From: Ktedonobacterales bacterium
GTDB taxonomy: Bacteria > Chloroflexota > Ktedonobacteria > Ktedonobacterales > JADMIN01
Length of the DNA stretch: 61,393 bases
NCBI GenBank assembly: GCA_052143275.1
Contig: JBKQTH010000310.1
Location: 1-61,393 of the forward strand
Reading direction: 5' to 3'
Of the stretch, positions 48,701-57,992 are shown one piece after another (positions within the stretch are counted from its first letter, which is position 1; each line of letters starts with the position of its first letter). The notes below the pieces were generated by a model. The model was not told the DNA's origin and ran no database searches. It saw nothing but the letters and a program-made list of their open reading frames with translations. Both the position numbers and the translations under genes were made by a program.

Positions 48701-48846
48701 TGGTGCGCAAGCTTGTCTTTCCAGTCGGCAGTACTCGCGAAAAAGGATACCTGTGGATCCACGATCGACTGATTCATAAGCGGCCCGTAAGGAGTTATGT
48801 CGGCGGACTGTTGCAAAAGGATACATGGACAAGGCTTACGGAATGA
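45724..48846 (+). CDS. trifunctional methyltransferase / GT2 / GT4-like glycosyltransferase, copy 2
   Basis: Collinear with 31110..34133 over its whole length, roughly two thirds to three quarters identical by eye, with the same motifs. Confidence 0.85.
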   Translation: MNNHEIAAEIADMLSWDGDSTLRQVESEAAQPGSHVVNAWREKNPSSDDEIEHFYSDAESYIFDLMREAASEIRCQWRAAVVGALSQHWGRATDARVLDYGAGVGSDTLYFAERCRSAFYYDVPGVISKFALKRFAQHKVPITCITNTGAYDAEFDALVAFDVLEHLVNPLAHLDEMVRLTKLGGLLFLTESFEQLGESYPFHLTRNASLAGKLDALMNERGCRPVAVLEGCIHVYVKGPPVAVIVPVYNAYDHVVRLLDSINHTTAGYPVRWMLMNDASPDSRIVPVLNEFVASFGGQCQVVDSVDNRGFSQTCNAAMADTGGDDVILLNSDTIVYDGWVRRLLEAAYEDPNIGTATPLSNNASCYSMFEYVTPSNHLNEMLAELERPSLPIPVGVGFCLYIKRKVLDRVGLFDPIFGRGYGEETDLCLRAATAGYRHVLATRVFVYHAGSASMIAASVVRQGETTLEEHERIINQRYPRFVPAVHDFIGSRVIEALANDLSKHYIVQESAHRPSIAFVSHDDVFFGEFVGGTAYHIRDLIRELERDYVYYVISSVASNFPVTTPEWGKIRVTCYIDGIVQTSVPLVDDYAAMLVELNPSVVHIHHLMYLPPSLVTALIEWHGQKIFTIHDFYGVCPQYYLLNYQQTYCGVPEPDECGRCAKKLLGTGYSTVAAQRRTFQRLVDSVSTVLAPSNAALAVFRKAISIPEVKARIIPHPIVAYSYDPTAKHLFAPTPIAQPSILGQMMSDHSGPSTLADNTHNGEEPSVKTMVEPAEEARAGSRSLLKLKPSRLRVAFIGYDAPQKGSTLIQGIVDGCLDDPITFVSIGDIGKAAEGRENIVFTGRYSREEVTGLIKQYEVDAVIVPSLWPETYCYTLSEAWMAGVPAIVGPHGAQAERVAETGAGFVVPDYRVQSFVDAVHKLMNDKDCLTTLKQATAAVSMRQDYGEYVELYRQHINREPRATHFFSSHMEQAVMKGNATVRKNRVVTRLVVVRKLVFPVGSTREKGYLWIHDRLIHKRPVRSYVGGLLQKDTWTRLTE

Positions 48847-48862
48847 GTGCCTCGCACAAGAC

Positions 48863-51193
48863 CTATTCGACAGTAAGCGGCTGAGTCTCGTCTTTGACGT
48901 GTGCCCGCTGCTCGGCAGAGCGCAAAGTGTGATGCAGTAAAGCCGAACGTGCAAGGGTCGTTTCGTGAGCCCTGACATCCTCAAACGCGCGCTGTCCTAT
49001 CTCCTGCCGATACTCCCGCGACTCGACGAGCCGAGCAAGAGCGTTCCGCCACTCGTCCTGCGTATCCGCCAGTAGGCCGTTCTCGCCATCTACGATCACA
49101 CGGCGGAAGTCCATGCGTGGGCTTGCTACTGTTGGAACCTTGCAGATTGCCGCTTCGAGATACTTGACGCAGCTCTTCGCTTCAGTGAAAGGGTTGCCAG
49201 GCTCTAGAGGCGCTATGCTGATGTCAACTGTCGTGTAGAGGTACGGGAGATCCTGCCATCGCTGCAGTGGCAGACGGGCAACGCGCCGGCCAAAGCGCTC
49301 GAAGCGCTCGTCTAGATCGAGGAAGCCAACAACCTTTACAACCACCTCGGGGTAGCGATCGAGCGTCCATAGCAACGCATCTTCTGCTTCCAAGAAGTCA
49401 CGGTTGTGAGTAGCCGTACCGCTGAAGTATCCTACAGTGACGGTATCGCGCTGGTGCCTGACGGACGCGGATACGTTTGCCTGCAATGCCGAATCAGCGC
49501 TTCGCAGCATCTCCAAACCCACTGCATTTGGAACGACAAAGACAGTATCATGGAAGGACAGGGCAAACTGGCGCAAAGATTCAGTACTGACGACGACCGC
49601 ATCACAGGCCCGCATGGTTTGCTGAAGGCGGAAAAGCCCACCGATGTAATCTTCTCGCTTGTCTTTTTCCATGAGAGTCAGCACTGCGTCATACTGAGCA
49701 GTCGAAGGATCGAAGACGAGGTCGTCGGTATCAAAGAGTACTAGCTTTTGCTGTTGCTGTGCCGCGCTTATGAATCGCTTGACATCGGGGCCGAATGGGA
49801 CGCGGTGCAGAATGAAGCAGGAATACTGCTCCACAGTTTCATCCAGGCGCACCGTACCATACTCGACGATATCAGTCGTGTATCCTTCGAATCCAAGCTG
49901 TTCGGCTTGGTGTACGCAACGGTAGACTCTGGAGCCACCTGCACAGCCAGAAATGAATATGAGTGACTTTGTACCTGAAGCTTTGGAGAGCTGTTGAGTG
50001 GTGGGTATATCACTAAGGTAGTATGCCCGCTTGCCAAGACTCCAGAATGTGACCTGCTTCGCAAGAGCGATAGGGCCTTTGTACCGCAGCACTGCGCGCG
50101 CGGCCCGGGCTAGCTTGACCAAGCGAACGCCGCGCGATGATTCAAGCGACGACAACTGCCACTTAGCCTCACTCAGCTGGCGTTCTAGTAAGTCAATGGT
50201 AGCCTCATACTGGCGCAGCCCGATGTCCATGTCTACCTGCATCATCTTTTGCTGTTGCTCGTAATGGGCAATCAAGGCTGCGGGTTCCGCACTCTCGAGT
50301 CCAAGTTCGGTACCAGACGAGCGAATGAGCTGTCCCGCGTTCTTTTTGTTGGACTGCCCCTGCGCATCTGATTGCCGGACCTCACTGCGATACTCCAGAC
50401 GTGCGCCTAGCTCACGGAAGAACTCCTCTAGAGCTGGCCGCAGTTCCTGCGGCACGTCCAGCAGTGGGCGTAGCCCCGGAGGGGGAGTCTTGCCGACCAA
50501 CACGACGCCTAACCCCTGACCATGGCAGAACTCGAGGTGACTGGGATACTGCTCTGTGAGTTCAGCCCAGAATTCCGATACTCCACGCTCGCGTCCCTCC
50601 TCCGCCACGCCATGTAGCAGAACGACGCCGTGCTCACTCATCTTGGGCAGCCAGGTGTGGAAGTCATGCTTCACAGCGTCGTAGGTGTGGTATCCGTCGA
50701 TGTGGAGGAGATCGATCGAGCCATCCGTGAACAGGTCGTGGGCATCATCAAATTGAGACTGAATCAAAGATGAGAAAGATTTGTACCGAGCATCGTGGTA
50801 TTCGCGCAGGTTGGCCAGCACCTCGGCTCCGTAATGGCCGGACTGGTCATCACCCGTCCAGTTGTCGACGGCATAGCAGTGGCAATCGAGTTCGAGTTCC
50901 TTTACTGCCTGACAAAGAGCGCAGTATGACACGCCACTTTGGGTTCCTAGCTCCACAAACCGGCCTGGCCGAAGCAGGTCGATAAGCAGCATGCCAAGAG
51001 GTATGTGCTGGGTCCAAGAAGACGTCACGTCGCGCTCTGGATAGGCAAAGCAAATCGGATGCTCGATAGGATTAAAACTCAAAGAGGTCCCCCGTGCAAG
51101 CCAGTAGAATGCACCGCCGTTCGAAGTATGTGCTTTCCAGCAAACATTTGTGGCACACTGGTGCATGCTAGCATACCTTAACTGCACTGCCAA
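48863..51193 (-). CDS. class I SAM methyltransferase (Methyltransf_24/CmcI-like) / coiled coil / GT-B glycosyltransferase fusion
   Basis: N-terminal FVELGTQSGVSYCAL...IDLLHIDGYHTYDAVKHDF. A central heptad-like segment (QQQKMMQVDMDIGLRQYEATIDLLERQLSEAKWQLSSLES). C-terminal GT-B-like part (VGYFSGTATHNRDF...). The start (TTG 51193 or ATG 51166) is uncertain. Confidence 0.75.
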   Translation of the reverse strand: MAVQLRYASMHQCATNVCWKAHTSNGGAFYWLARGTSLSFNPIEHPICFAYPERDVTSSWTQHIPLGMLLIDLLRPGRFVELGTQSGVSYCALCQAVKELELDCHCYAVDNWTGDDQSGHYGAEVLANLREYHDARYKSFSSLIQSQFDDAHDLFTDGSIDLLHIDGYHTYDAVKHDFHTWLPKMSEHGVVLLHGVAEEGRERGVSEFWAELTEQYPSHLEFCHGQGLGVVLVGKTPPPGLRPLLDVPQELRPALEEFFRELGARLEYRSEVRQSDAQGQSNKKNAGQLIRSSGTELGLESAEPAALIAHYEQQQKMMQVDMDIGLRQYEATIDLLERQLSEAKWQLSSLESSRGVRLVKLARAARAVLRYKGPIALAKQVTFWSLGKRAYYLSDIPTTQQLSKASGTKSLIFISGCAGGSRVYRCVHQAEQLGFEGYTTDIVEYGTVRLDETVEQYSCFILHRVPFGPDVKRFISAAQQQQKLVLFDTDDLVFDPSTAQYDAVLTLMEKDKREDYIGGLFRLQQTMRACDAVVVSTESLRQFALSFHDTVFVVPNAVGLEMLRSADSALQANVSASVRHQRDTVTVGYFSGTATHNRDFLEAEDALLWTLDRYPEVVVKVVGFLDLDERFERFGRRVARLPLQRWQDLPYLYTTVDISIAPLEPGNPFTEAKSCVKYLEAAICKVPTVASPRMDFRRVIVDGENGLLADTQDEWRNALARLVESREYRQEIGQRAFEDVRAHETTLARSALLHHTLRSAEQRAHVKDETQPLTVE

Positions 51194-51423
51194 GAATGGT
51201 ACCGGAAAGTAGGAGTGCTCAAGAAAACTGCACTTCGCGCTGAAACGAGTCCAAATTGGCTACAGACGTGTAAGGCGGCGCACCCTATGCAATAAACTTC
51301 ACACCGTGAGCGCCCCCTAACGAAAGCCACTAGTTGTCAGCATTGGTTACTCCGCAAATATGCACTCGTTACTGGTCTTGGAAGTTGTGTCAATGTCCTC
51401 CAGAAAAGGGAGTAGAGCATAGT

Positions 51424-51897
51424 ATGTCTTCGGGAACGATTGATGGTGTGACCGTACAACAGTTGGCGCGTCACGCCGACGATCGCGGATACTTTGAAGA
51501 GCTGATTCGAGTCACCGATTCCTTTTTTGGCGAAGGGTTTGGACAGTTGAGCCACTCGAAGATGTACCCAGGGGTCGTGAAGGCCTGGCACATACATAAG
51601 ACGCAGATAGACTGGTGGTATGTCGCCTTTGGTCGGCTGCGAGTAGCGCTCCATGATCTGCGCGAGGGCTCATCCACACGCGGCGTCACACAGGAGTTGC
51701 AGATGGGAGATGACCTCCCCCCAGTGCTACTCAAGATCCCTGCCGGAGTGGCCCATGGCTGCCGCGTTATTGGCGAGACACCGGCGCACCTTTTTTACGT
51801 CACGTCATGCACGTACAACCCAGAAGAAGAAGGGCGCATTTCGTTCGATGACTCAACAATCGGTTATGATTGGCTAAGCCGTCCTCCGATTAAGTAG
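51424..51897 (+). CDS. rmlC: dTDP-4-dehydrorhamnose 3,5-epimerase family protein
   Basis: HADDRGYFEEL, KAWHIHKTQIDWWYV and IPAGVAHG are cupin epimerase motifs. ATG 51424 is preceded by AAAAGGGAG. Confidence 0.8.
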   Translation: MSSGTIDGVTVQQLARHADDRGYFEELIRVTDSFFGEGFGQLSHSKMYPGVVKAWHIHKTQIDWWYVAFGRLRVALHDLREGSSTRGVTQELQMGDDLPPVLLKIPAGVAHGCRVIGETPAHLFYVTSCTYNPEEEGRISFDDSTIGYDWLSRPPIK

Positions 51898-51952
51898 TCG
51901 CACTTCACCACGCAAACGGGTTCGTAGCGGCGGATAAGAGGGGTATCCAAAC

Positions 51953-53089
51953 GTGAAAGGCTTGATATTGAGTGGCGGCAAAGGTACTCGTTTACGCCCG
52001 CTCACTTACACTCGCGCCAAACAGTTGCTTCCGTTAGCCAACAAGCCAGTGCTCTTCTATGCGATCGAGGCGCTTGTATCAAGTGGGATTCGTGACCTGG
52101 GCATAGTTGTAGGAGATACTCACGAGGAGATTCGCGCTACTGTCGGAGACGGCTCGCGCTGGGGCGACGATGTACGGGTCCAGTATATTCAGCAAGAGGC
52201 GCCTCTAGGACTGGCCCACGCTGTGCTGACTGCGCGTGATTTCCTTGGCGGAGATCGTTTCATCATGTTTCTGGGTGATAACTTGATCGGCGAGTCGCTG
52301 AAGCCGATTGTGCAAGGTTTTGAAGATCCTTCTTGTTCATACCATTGCCGTATCTTGCTTACTCCAGTAGAGAATCCCTCGGAATTTGGAGTCGCCGAGC
52401 TCGATGCACTTCCAACCTCGGAGGCGATTGAAGATGCAGCGCTACCGGATAACGCATTACGTGTACGCCGTCTCGTGGAAAAGCCTTCAAAGCCGTTGAG
52501 CAACTTGGCTCTGGTTGGTGTGTATTGCTTCGACTCTCATATCATTGAGGCAGCTGAGAGTATCAAGCCTTCCGCGCGTGGCGAACTAGAGATAACTGAT
52601 GCGATTCAATGGCTCATCGACGCTGGCTATGATGTTCGGCCACACCTTCTGGATGGCTATTGGATAGATACCGGTAAAATGGAGGACATCTTGTCGGCTA
52701 ATCGGCAGGTATTGGCCACCATTGGACACAGCATCGATAGAACCGCCGAGATCGACGCGGCATCTCGTATACAGGGGAACGTGACTATCCAGGCGGGGGC
52801 CAGAGTCCACAATAGTACCATTCGAGGGCCGGCTATCATCGGCGAACGCACTCATATCGAGAATGCTTATGTGGGTCCGTTCTCTTCTATCTACCATGAT
52901 GTGACCATCGAAGGCAGCGAGGTCGAATACTGCATCGTGCTGGAGAACAGCCGTATCCACAATGTTCCAACTCGCATCGAGGCAAGCCTGATTGGTCGCA
53001 ATGTAGAGGTCTATGCCGAACCGCAGCGACCTCGTGCCCACAAGCTGATGCTCGGCGACTACAGCAAGGTTGGCCTGATGGAGCAGTAG
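51953..53089 (+). CDS. rmlA: glucose-1-phosphate thymidylyltransferase, long form with left-handed beta-helix C-terminus
   Basis: KGLILSGGKGTRLRPLTYTRAKQLLPLANKP, followed by hexapeptide-repeat-like C-terminal region. GTG start. Confidence 0.8.
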   Translation: MKGLILSGGKGTRLRPLTYTRAKQLLPLANKPVLFYAIEALVSSGIRDLGIVVGDTHEEIRATVGDGSRWGDDVRVQYIQQEAPLGLAHAVLTARDFLGGDRFIMFLGDNLIGESLKPIVQGFEDPSCSYHCRILLTPVENPSEFGVAELDALPTSEAIEDAALPDNALRVRRLVEKPSKPLSNLALVGVYCFDSHIIEAAESIKPSARGELEITDAIQWLIDAGYDVRPHLLDGYWIDTGKMEDILSANRQVLATIGHSIDRTAEIDAASRIQGNVTIQAGARVHNSTIRGPAIIGERTHIENAYVGPFSSIYHDVTIEGSEVEYCIVLENSRIHNVPTRIEASLIGRNVEVYAEPQRPRAHKLMLGDYSKVGLMEQ

Positions 53090-53177
53090 CCTTTGACCCA
53101 GCCTGCAGTTCCACGGGATTATTGGTGGTATCGAACCGCGAAGCACAGCGACATGTTCAGAATAAAGGGGAGAGATC

Positions 53178-54236
53178 TTGGTCAGAGGAGTCACGAAAAC
53201 CGTTCTCGTGACTGGTGGCGACGGTTTCATAGGCAGTAATTTCGTTCAACACCTGCTCGGCGAACGTGCCGATACTGCTGTCGTTGTGCTCGATAAGCTG
53301 ACGTACGCCGGAAATGAAGAGAACTTGGCTCTGGCGAGCGAAAATCCCAACTTTAGTTTCATTTGCGGCGATATCTGTGACCGGCAGGTCGTGCGCACGG
53401 CGATGCAAGGGTGCGACTGGGTGGTGAACTTTGCCGCTGAGACCCATGTAGATCGGTCGATATTGGACCCGGGCGCCTTCGTGCGCACTGATGTCGAGGG
53501 AACGTACACCCTGCTGGAAATTGCTCGCGAGCTCGGAATTGAGCGTTTCGTACAGATCTCCACCGATGAAGTGTATGGTAACGCCGAGGCACCTGACGGT
53601 ACTAGCCGCCCGTCCCTTGAGACCGATGCCTTAAAGCCTCTATCGCCGTATGCCGCCAGCAAGGCTGGAGCGGATCGCCTGGCCTACTCGTACTGGGCCA
53701 CCTATGGCCTCCCAGTAGTGGTTACTCGCTGTTCCAACAACTATGGACCGTATCAATATCCTGAGAAGCAGCTACCGCTCTTCATTGCTAATGCGCTGGC
53801 CGATCGCCCGCTCCCGGTGTATGGCAACGGCCGCAATACCCGAGACTGGATACATGCCGTCGATCACTGTCGGGCACTGAAGCAGATTCTGGAAGCGCCG
53901 TCGGAGCTCGTCAACGGAGAGGTCTTCAACGTAGGGGCCGCTGAAGAACGCAGTATTTTGGAGAATGCCTTAGCAATATTGGATCACCTGGGCAAGTCTC
54001 ATGACCTTATCAGTTTCGTGCCTGACCGGTTGGGCCATGTACGCCGTCACGCCGTAGATTCTGCCAAGCTGCAAAGAACTCTAGGATGGCAGCCTACGGT
54101 GCGCTTTCAGGAGGGTATTGCCTCGACGATTGACTGGTATCGCAATCACACGGAGTGGCTGGACCATGTCTTCGCCCGCCAGGATAGTTTCTTGAATCGT
54201 GCGCTCGCTCTTGCGGAGTCCCCCGCGGGAAGGTAG
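53178..54236 (+). CDS. rmlB: dTDP-glucose 4,6-dehydratase
   Basis: VLVTGGDGFIGSNF, ISTDEVYG and PYAASKAGAD (YxxxK) SDR motifs typical of RmlB. Confidence 0.9.
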   Translation: MVRGVTKTVLVTGGDGFIGSNFVQHLLGERADTAVVVLDKLTYAGNEENLALASENPNFSFICGDICDRQVVRTAMQGCDWVVNFAAETHVDRSILDPGAFVRTDVEGTYTLLEIARELGIERFVQISTDEVYGNAEAPDGTSRPSLETDALKPLSPYAASKAGADRLAYSYWATYGLPVVVTRCSNNYGPYQYPEKQLPLFIANALADRPLPVYGNGRNTRDWIHAVDHCRALKQILEAPSELVNGEVFNVGAAEERSILENALAILDHLGKSHDLISFVPDRLGHVRRHAVDSAKLQRTLGWQPTVRFQEGIASTIDWYRNHTEWLDHVFARQDSFLNRALALAESPAGR

Positions 54237-54243
54237 CGTACAA

Positions 54244-55161
54244 GTGGACAATCTGGTAATCATTGGAGCTGGCGGGGTCCTGGGTGCGAAATTAGTAGAG
54301 CAGGCGCTGTGGCAGATGGATGGGCAGATCTACGCCTTTACGCATGGATCTATCCCTGCTATTCCTGCTTCGGAATCGTCGCGTGTCATCTGGCACCAGC
54401 TAGAACTCAGCGACCCCTCTGCAGTGGCCGACGCGATTGCAGGTGTGCATCCTGATGTCGTCATCAACAGCGCAGCAATGACGAATGTCGATGCTTGTGA
54501 ACTCCGTCGCGATGAAGCCTATGCCGCGAACGCTGATGGTCCGCGCCATCTGGCCGAGACGTGCGTACAACTAGGAGCCCGCCTCGTCCACGTGTCGACC
54601 GACTATGTTTTCCCCGGCGATGATGCACAACCCGGCCCCTACCAAGAAGATGCCCAGGTAAGGCCAGTCAATTATTATGGCTGGACCAAGCTCGAAGGTG
54701 AACGTGCCATAGAAGAGATCGGCGAAGGGCGCACGTCCTGGCTGATTGTGCGTACTGCACTCGTTTATGGCCATGTTCCCGGTGGCCGTACCAATTTCGT
54801 GAAGTGGCTAGTAGGTGAGCTGCGATCTGGCAGACGGGTCAAAATAGTGAGTGATCAGATTAACACGCCTACAGTTGCTGATGACCTGGCCGTAGCCCTT
54901 TTGCATCTAGCGCAGGGTGGCAGTGAAGGGGTGATCCATGTCACTGGACCTGATCTGCTCACCCGCTACGAGTGGGCTAAGGTCATTGCTTCCTCGTACG
55001 GACTGGACGACAGCTTAATTGACGTCATCTCAACGGCTGCGCTGAACCAGCCGGCTCAGCGACCATTACGCAGTGGGCTTCGTTCTCTGCGAGCAAGCGA
55101 ATGGCAAAGCGTCCCGCTGCGTGGCGTGCGCGAGGGCCTTGGCGCGCTTGACCTGTCGTGA
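54244..55161 (+). CDS. rmlD: dTDP-4-dehydrorhamnose reductase
   Basis: LVIIGAGGVLG, VINSAAMTNVDACE, VSTDYVF and NYYGWTKLEGE are typical of RmlD. GTG 54244 was chosen as start. Confidence 0.8.
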   Translation: MDNLVIIGAGGVLGAKLVEQALWQMDGQIYAFTHGSIPAIPASESSRVIWHQLELSDPSAVADAIAGVHPDVVINSAAMTNVDACELRRDEAYAANADGPRHLAETCVQLGARLVHVSTDYVFPGDDAQPGPYQEDAQVRPVNYYGWTKLEGERAIEEIGEGRTSWLIVRTALVYGHVPGGRTNFVKWLVGELRSGRRVKIVSDQINTPTVADDLAVALLHLAQGGSEGVIHVTGPDLLTRYEWAKVIASSYGLDDSLIDVISTAALNQPAQRPLRSGLRSLRASEWQSVPLRGVREGLGALDLS

Positions 55162-55540
55162 CACTGTCATCTGATCACGTCATCTGACCCTGAAATGGTT
55201 CTATGGGCTGGAGGTAGACGTCCACCACCCGCTGACGGGTGCCCAGCGAACCCCGATACTAGCTGTCTTTAGTGACTCACGCACGGAGCAGCTGATCAAG
55301 ACGCCCACTGCTAGCAAGAAAGTCCTGCGTGCTAGTCAGCAGAGGCAAAGTACGAGAAGATGGCAGCGAGCTTGAGCGTCCACCAGAGGCTAGGTGATCT
55401 TGCCAGCGGCACCAGCATCCTTTACTGCCGGCTAGGCTACTTTTCTCTGCGGGGATCGAGTGGAAACCCAGAGGCGGTCTTGAGTTCCTCATGCTCGGCG
55501 TTGGTGTCGGGAGATAACTCAGCGAACCAGGAGCGATGCG

Positions 55541-56275
55541 ATGCAAGCGCTGATTCTGGCTGGAGGGGCGGGAACTCGTCTCCGCTCGGTGCTCGGCGAC
55601 AACCTCAACAAACCAATGGCCCCAGTCGCCAACAAGCCGTTTCTGGAATACCTCATAATGTTCCTGCAGAAGCAGAACATTGACGACATCATTCTGTGCG
55701 TAGGTTACAAGGCAGGCCTCATCCAGTCCTATTTTGGTCAGGGTGACCAGTGGGGCGTGCGCCTGACATACTCCTGTGAAACGGAGTTTTTGGGTACCGG
55801 TGGGGCAGTGAAGCTGGCGGAGAACCTCGTGCGCGGGGACGAGTTCCTGGTCCTCAATGGTGATTCATTCTTTGACGTCGACCTCCGCGAGCTCGCCCGC
55901 TTCCACCATGAGGCAGGCGCTACCGCGACGCTGGCCCTCGCGCGGGTGGACAACGCACAACGCTACGGTGCGGTGCGTCTGGATGACGCGCGCCGAATCG
56001 TGGGCTTCACCGAAAAGGACAATGCAGCATCTTCGGGCCTCATCAATGGCGGTATCTACATGCTCACGCGCGATGTGCTCGGCATGATTCCGCCTAGACA
56101 GGTTTGCTCGTTGGAGCGTGAGGTGTTCCCCGCCCTGATCACACGCAACCTGTACGGGAGACCATTTCTGGGCTTCTTTATTGACATAGGAGTGCCTGCT
56201 GATTACATGCGTCTTCAGACGGATCCGTCACCGTTGTTCTCGCCTAACACGGAGAGGAGGCAGGCAACATGTTGA
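55541..56275 (+). CDS. hddC: D-glycero-alpha-D-manno-heptose 1-phosphate guanylyltransferase
   Basis: MQALILAGGAGTRLRSVLGDNLNKPMAPVANKPFLEYLI matches the HddC/GmhD-type nucleotidyltransferase. The operon context with hddA, gmhA and gmhB supports the call. Confidence 0.75.
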   Translation: MQALILAGGAGTRLRSVLGDNLNKPMAPVANKPFLEYLIMFLQKQNIDDIILCVGYKAGLIQSYFGQGDQWGVRLTYSCETEFLGTGGAVKLAENLVRGDEFLVLNGDSFFDVDLRELARFHHEAGATATLALARVDNAQRYGAVRLDDARRIVGFTEKDNAASSGLINGGIYMLTRDVLGMIPPRQVCSLEREVFPALITRNLYGRPFLGFFIDIGVPADYMRLQTDPSPLFSPNTERRQATC

Positions 56276-57294
56276 TTCGTGCCAAGGCACCGCTGAGAAT
56301 CAGCTTTGCAGGGGGAGGGACCGACGTTCCACCTTTTCCACAACTTGAGGGTGGATGCGTTCTCAGCACGACCATCAGCCGCTACGCATACTGCACGCTG
56401 CAAGGGCGCGACGACCAACACATCGGCGTCCACTCGCTGGACTACGGTCTGTCAGTCACCTATCCCCCCGAAGACACCTTGGAGTACGATGGCAAGCTTG
56501 ATCTGGTGAAAGCAGCCATCCGCCAGCTCCGGCCTGCCGACACCCAGCGCGGTTTCGATCTTATGGTGCATAGCGACGCCCCTCCGGGCTCGGGTCTGGG
56601 GGCCTCTTCAGCAATGATAGTGGCGCTGGTCGGTGTCCTGAAGGAGTACGGCAATTTACCGCTCACCGACTATGAAGTCGCGGATCTGGCGTGCCATATC
56701 GAGCGCGAGGAGCTAGGCATCCAAGGCGGCCTACAAGACCAGTACGCAGCGACTTTCGGCGGTTGCAACTATATTGAGTTCCTCTCGGATCGTACCATCG
56801 TCAATCCTCTCAAGATCAGTCCCGACGTTATCAATGAGTTGCAATACAATCTACTGCTAGCCTATACGGGCACAATGCGCCTCTCGGGCCACATCATCCA
56901 GGATCAGGTGGACCGCTATGAGCGGCGTGAGCCCGAAACCATGGAAGCCTTGCGTGAGCTGAAGCGTCTCACCACCGAGATGAAGAACGCGCTGCTGCGG
57001 CGCGAACTCCGTGATTTTGGCGAACTCCTCCACCAGGAGTGGATGCACAAGAAGAAAGTGTCGTCCAAGATTTCCGGGGCGCAACTCGATGAGCTTTATA
57101 ACGCGGCGCGCGAGCATGGGGCGTTAGGTGGCAAGGTAACCGGGGCCGGCGGCGGCGGCTATATGCTGCTCTACTGCCGCTCTGGTAGGAAACAAAATGT
57201 TGCAGAAAAGCTGAAGGAACTCGGGTGCACGATCACCGACTTCAGCTTGGAGCCCTTGGGCTTGCAAACTTGGAGGGTGAGTAATCATGGCTAA
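56269..57294 (+). CDS. hddA: D-glycero-alpha-D-manno-heptose 7-phosphate kinase (GHMP kinase)
   Basis: APLRISFAGGGTDVPPF start and the GHMP motif PPGSGLGASSAMIVALV. It overlaps the hddC stop. Confidence 0.8.
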   Translation: MLIRAKAPLRISFAGGGTDVPPFPQLEGGCVLSTTISRYAYCTLQGRDDQHIGVHSLDYGLSVTYPPEDTLEYDGKLDLVKAAIRQLRPADTQRGFDLMVHSDAPPGSGLGASSAMIVALVGVLKEYGNLPLTDYEVADLACHIEREELGIQGGLQDQYAATFGGCNYIEFLSDRTIVNPLKISPDVINELQYNLLLAYTGTMRLSGHIIQDQVDRYERREPETMEALRELKRLTTEMKNALLRRELRDFGELLHQEWMHKKKVSSKISGAQLDELYNAAREHGALGGKVTGAGGGGYMLLYCRSGRKQNVAEKLKELGCTITDFSLEPLGLQTWRVSNHG

Positions 57295-57979
57295 GGCGGT
57301 TAAGCAGACCGATATTGGGGGGGAGCCAGCCGATTTGAGCGAGTTGGCGGAGCAATCGGCACCATCAGAGACGCTCATCGCCAAGGGTATTCGGGCTCAC
57401 ATGGAGGTTACGCAGCAGCTCCTTCAGCAAACGCCCCTGTGCGCCGAGGTCGCGGACAGGCTCATCGAGGCGTTTACCGCCGGCAGGAAGGTCCTCCTCT
57501 GCGGCAACGGTGGCAGCGCCGCTGACGCGCAGCACATCGCGGCGGAGCTTGTCGGCAAGTTCTATTTCGACCGCCCAGCCCTACCGGCGGAGGCGCTGAC
57601 CGTTAACACTTCCTCGGTGACGGCGATTGGGAACGACTATTCCTTTGATCAGGTCTTTTCTCGCCAGGTCGAGGCGTTCGGCGTCGCGGGAGACGTGTGC
57701 GTCGGTATCTCGACCAGTGGCAACTCGCGTAATATAGTCGAGGCCTTCCGCGTTGCTCGACGCAAGGGACTCGTCACGGTGGCGATGACGGGCGCGACTG
57801 GTGGCCAACTGGCAGCGGAGGCCGATTACTGCATCCGCGTCGCCTCGACGGATACACCGCGCATCCAGGAGCACCACATACTCGTCGGCCATATCCTCTG
57901 CGAGTTGGTAGAGCAAGCGCTCTTTGGAGATACCCTGGTGGCGGCGCGAGCCGGCGCAACGGTAACTGGGCAGGTATAG
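57287..57979 (+). CDS. gmhA: phosphoheptose (sedoheptulose-7-phosphate) isomerase, SIS domain
   Basis: LLCGNGGSAADAQHIAAELVGKF, TAIGNDYSFDQVFSRQV and GISTSGNSRN. It overlaps the hddA stop by 8 nt. Confidence 0.85.
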   Translation: MAKAVKQTDIGGEPADLSELAEQSAPSETLIAKGIRAHMEVTQQLLQQTPLCAEVADRLIEAFTAGRKVLLCGNGGSAADAQHIAAELVGKFYFDRPALPAEALTVNTSSVTAIGNDYSFDQVFSRQVEAFGVAGDVCVGISTSGNSRNIVEAFRVARRKGLVTVAMTGATGGQLAAEADYCIRVASTDTPRIQEHHILVGHILCELVEQALFGDTLVAARAGATVTGQV

Positions 57980-57992
57980 GATCTGGCCCGGG

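Noticed and set aside
55277-55546. 89-aa minus-strand ORF in the rmlD-hddC intergenic region.
   Set aside because: It has no RBS or motif, is Ser/Pro/Leu-rich, and overlaps the hddC start. The region is treated as non-coding leader or promoter.
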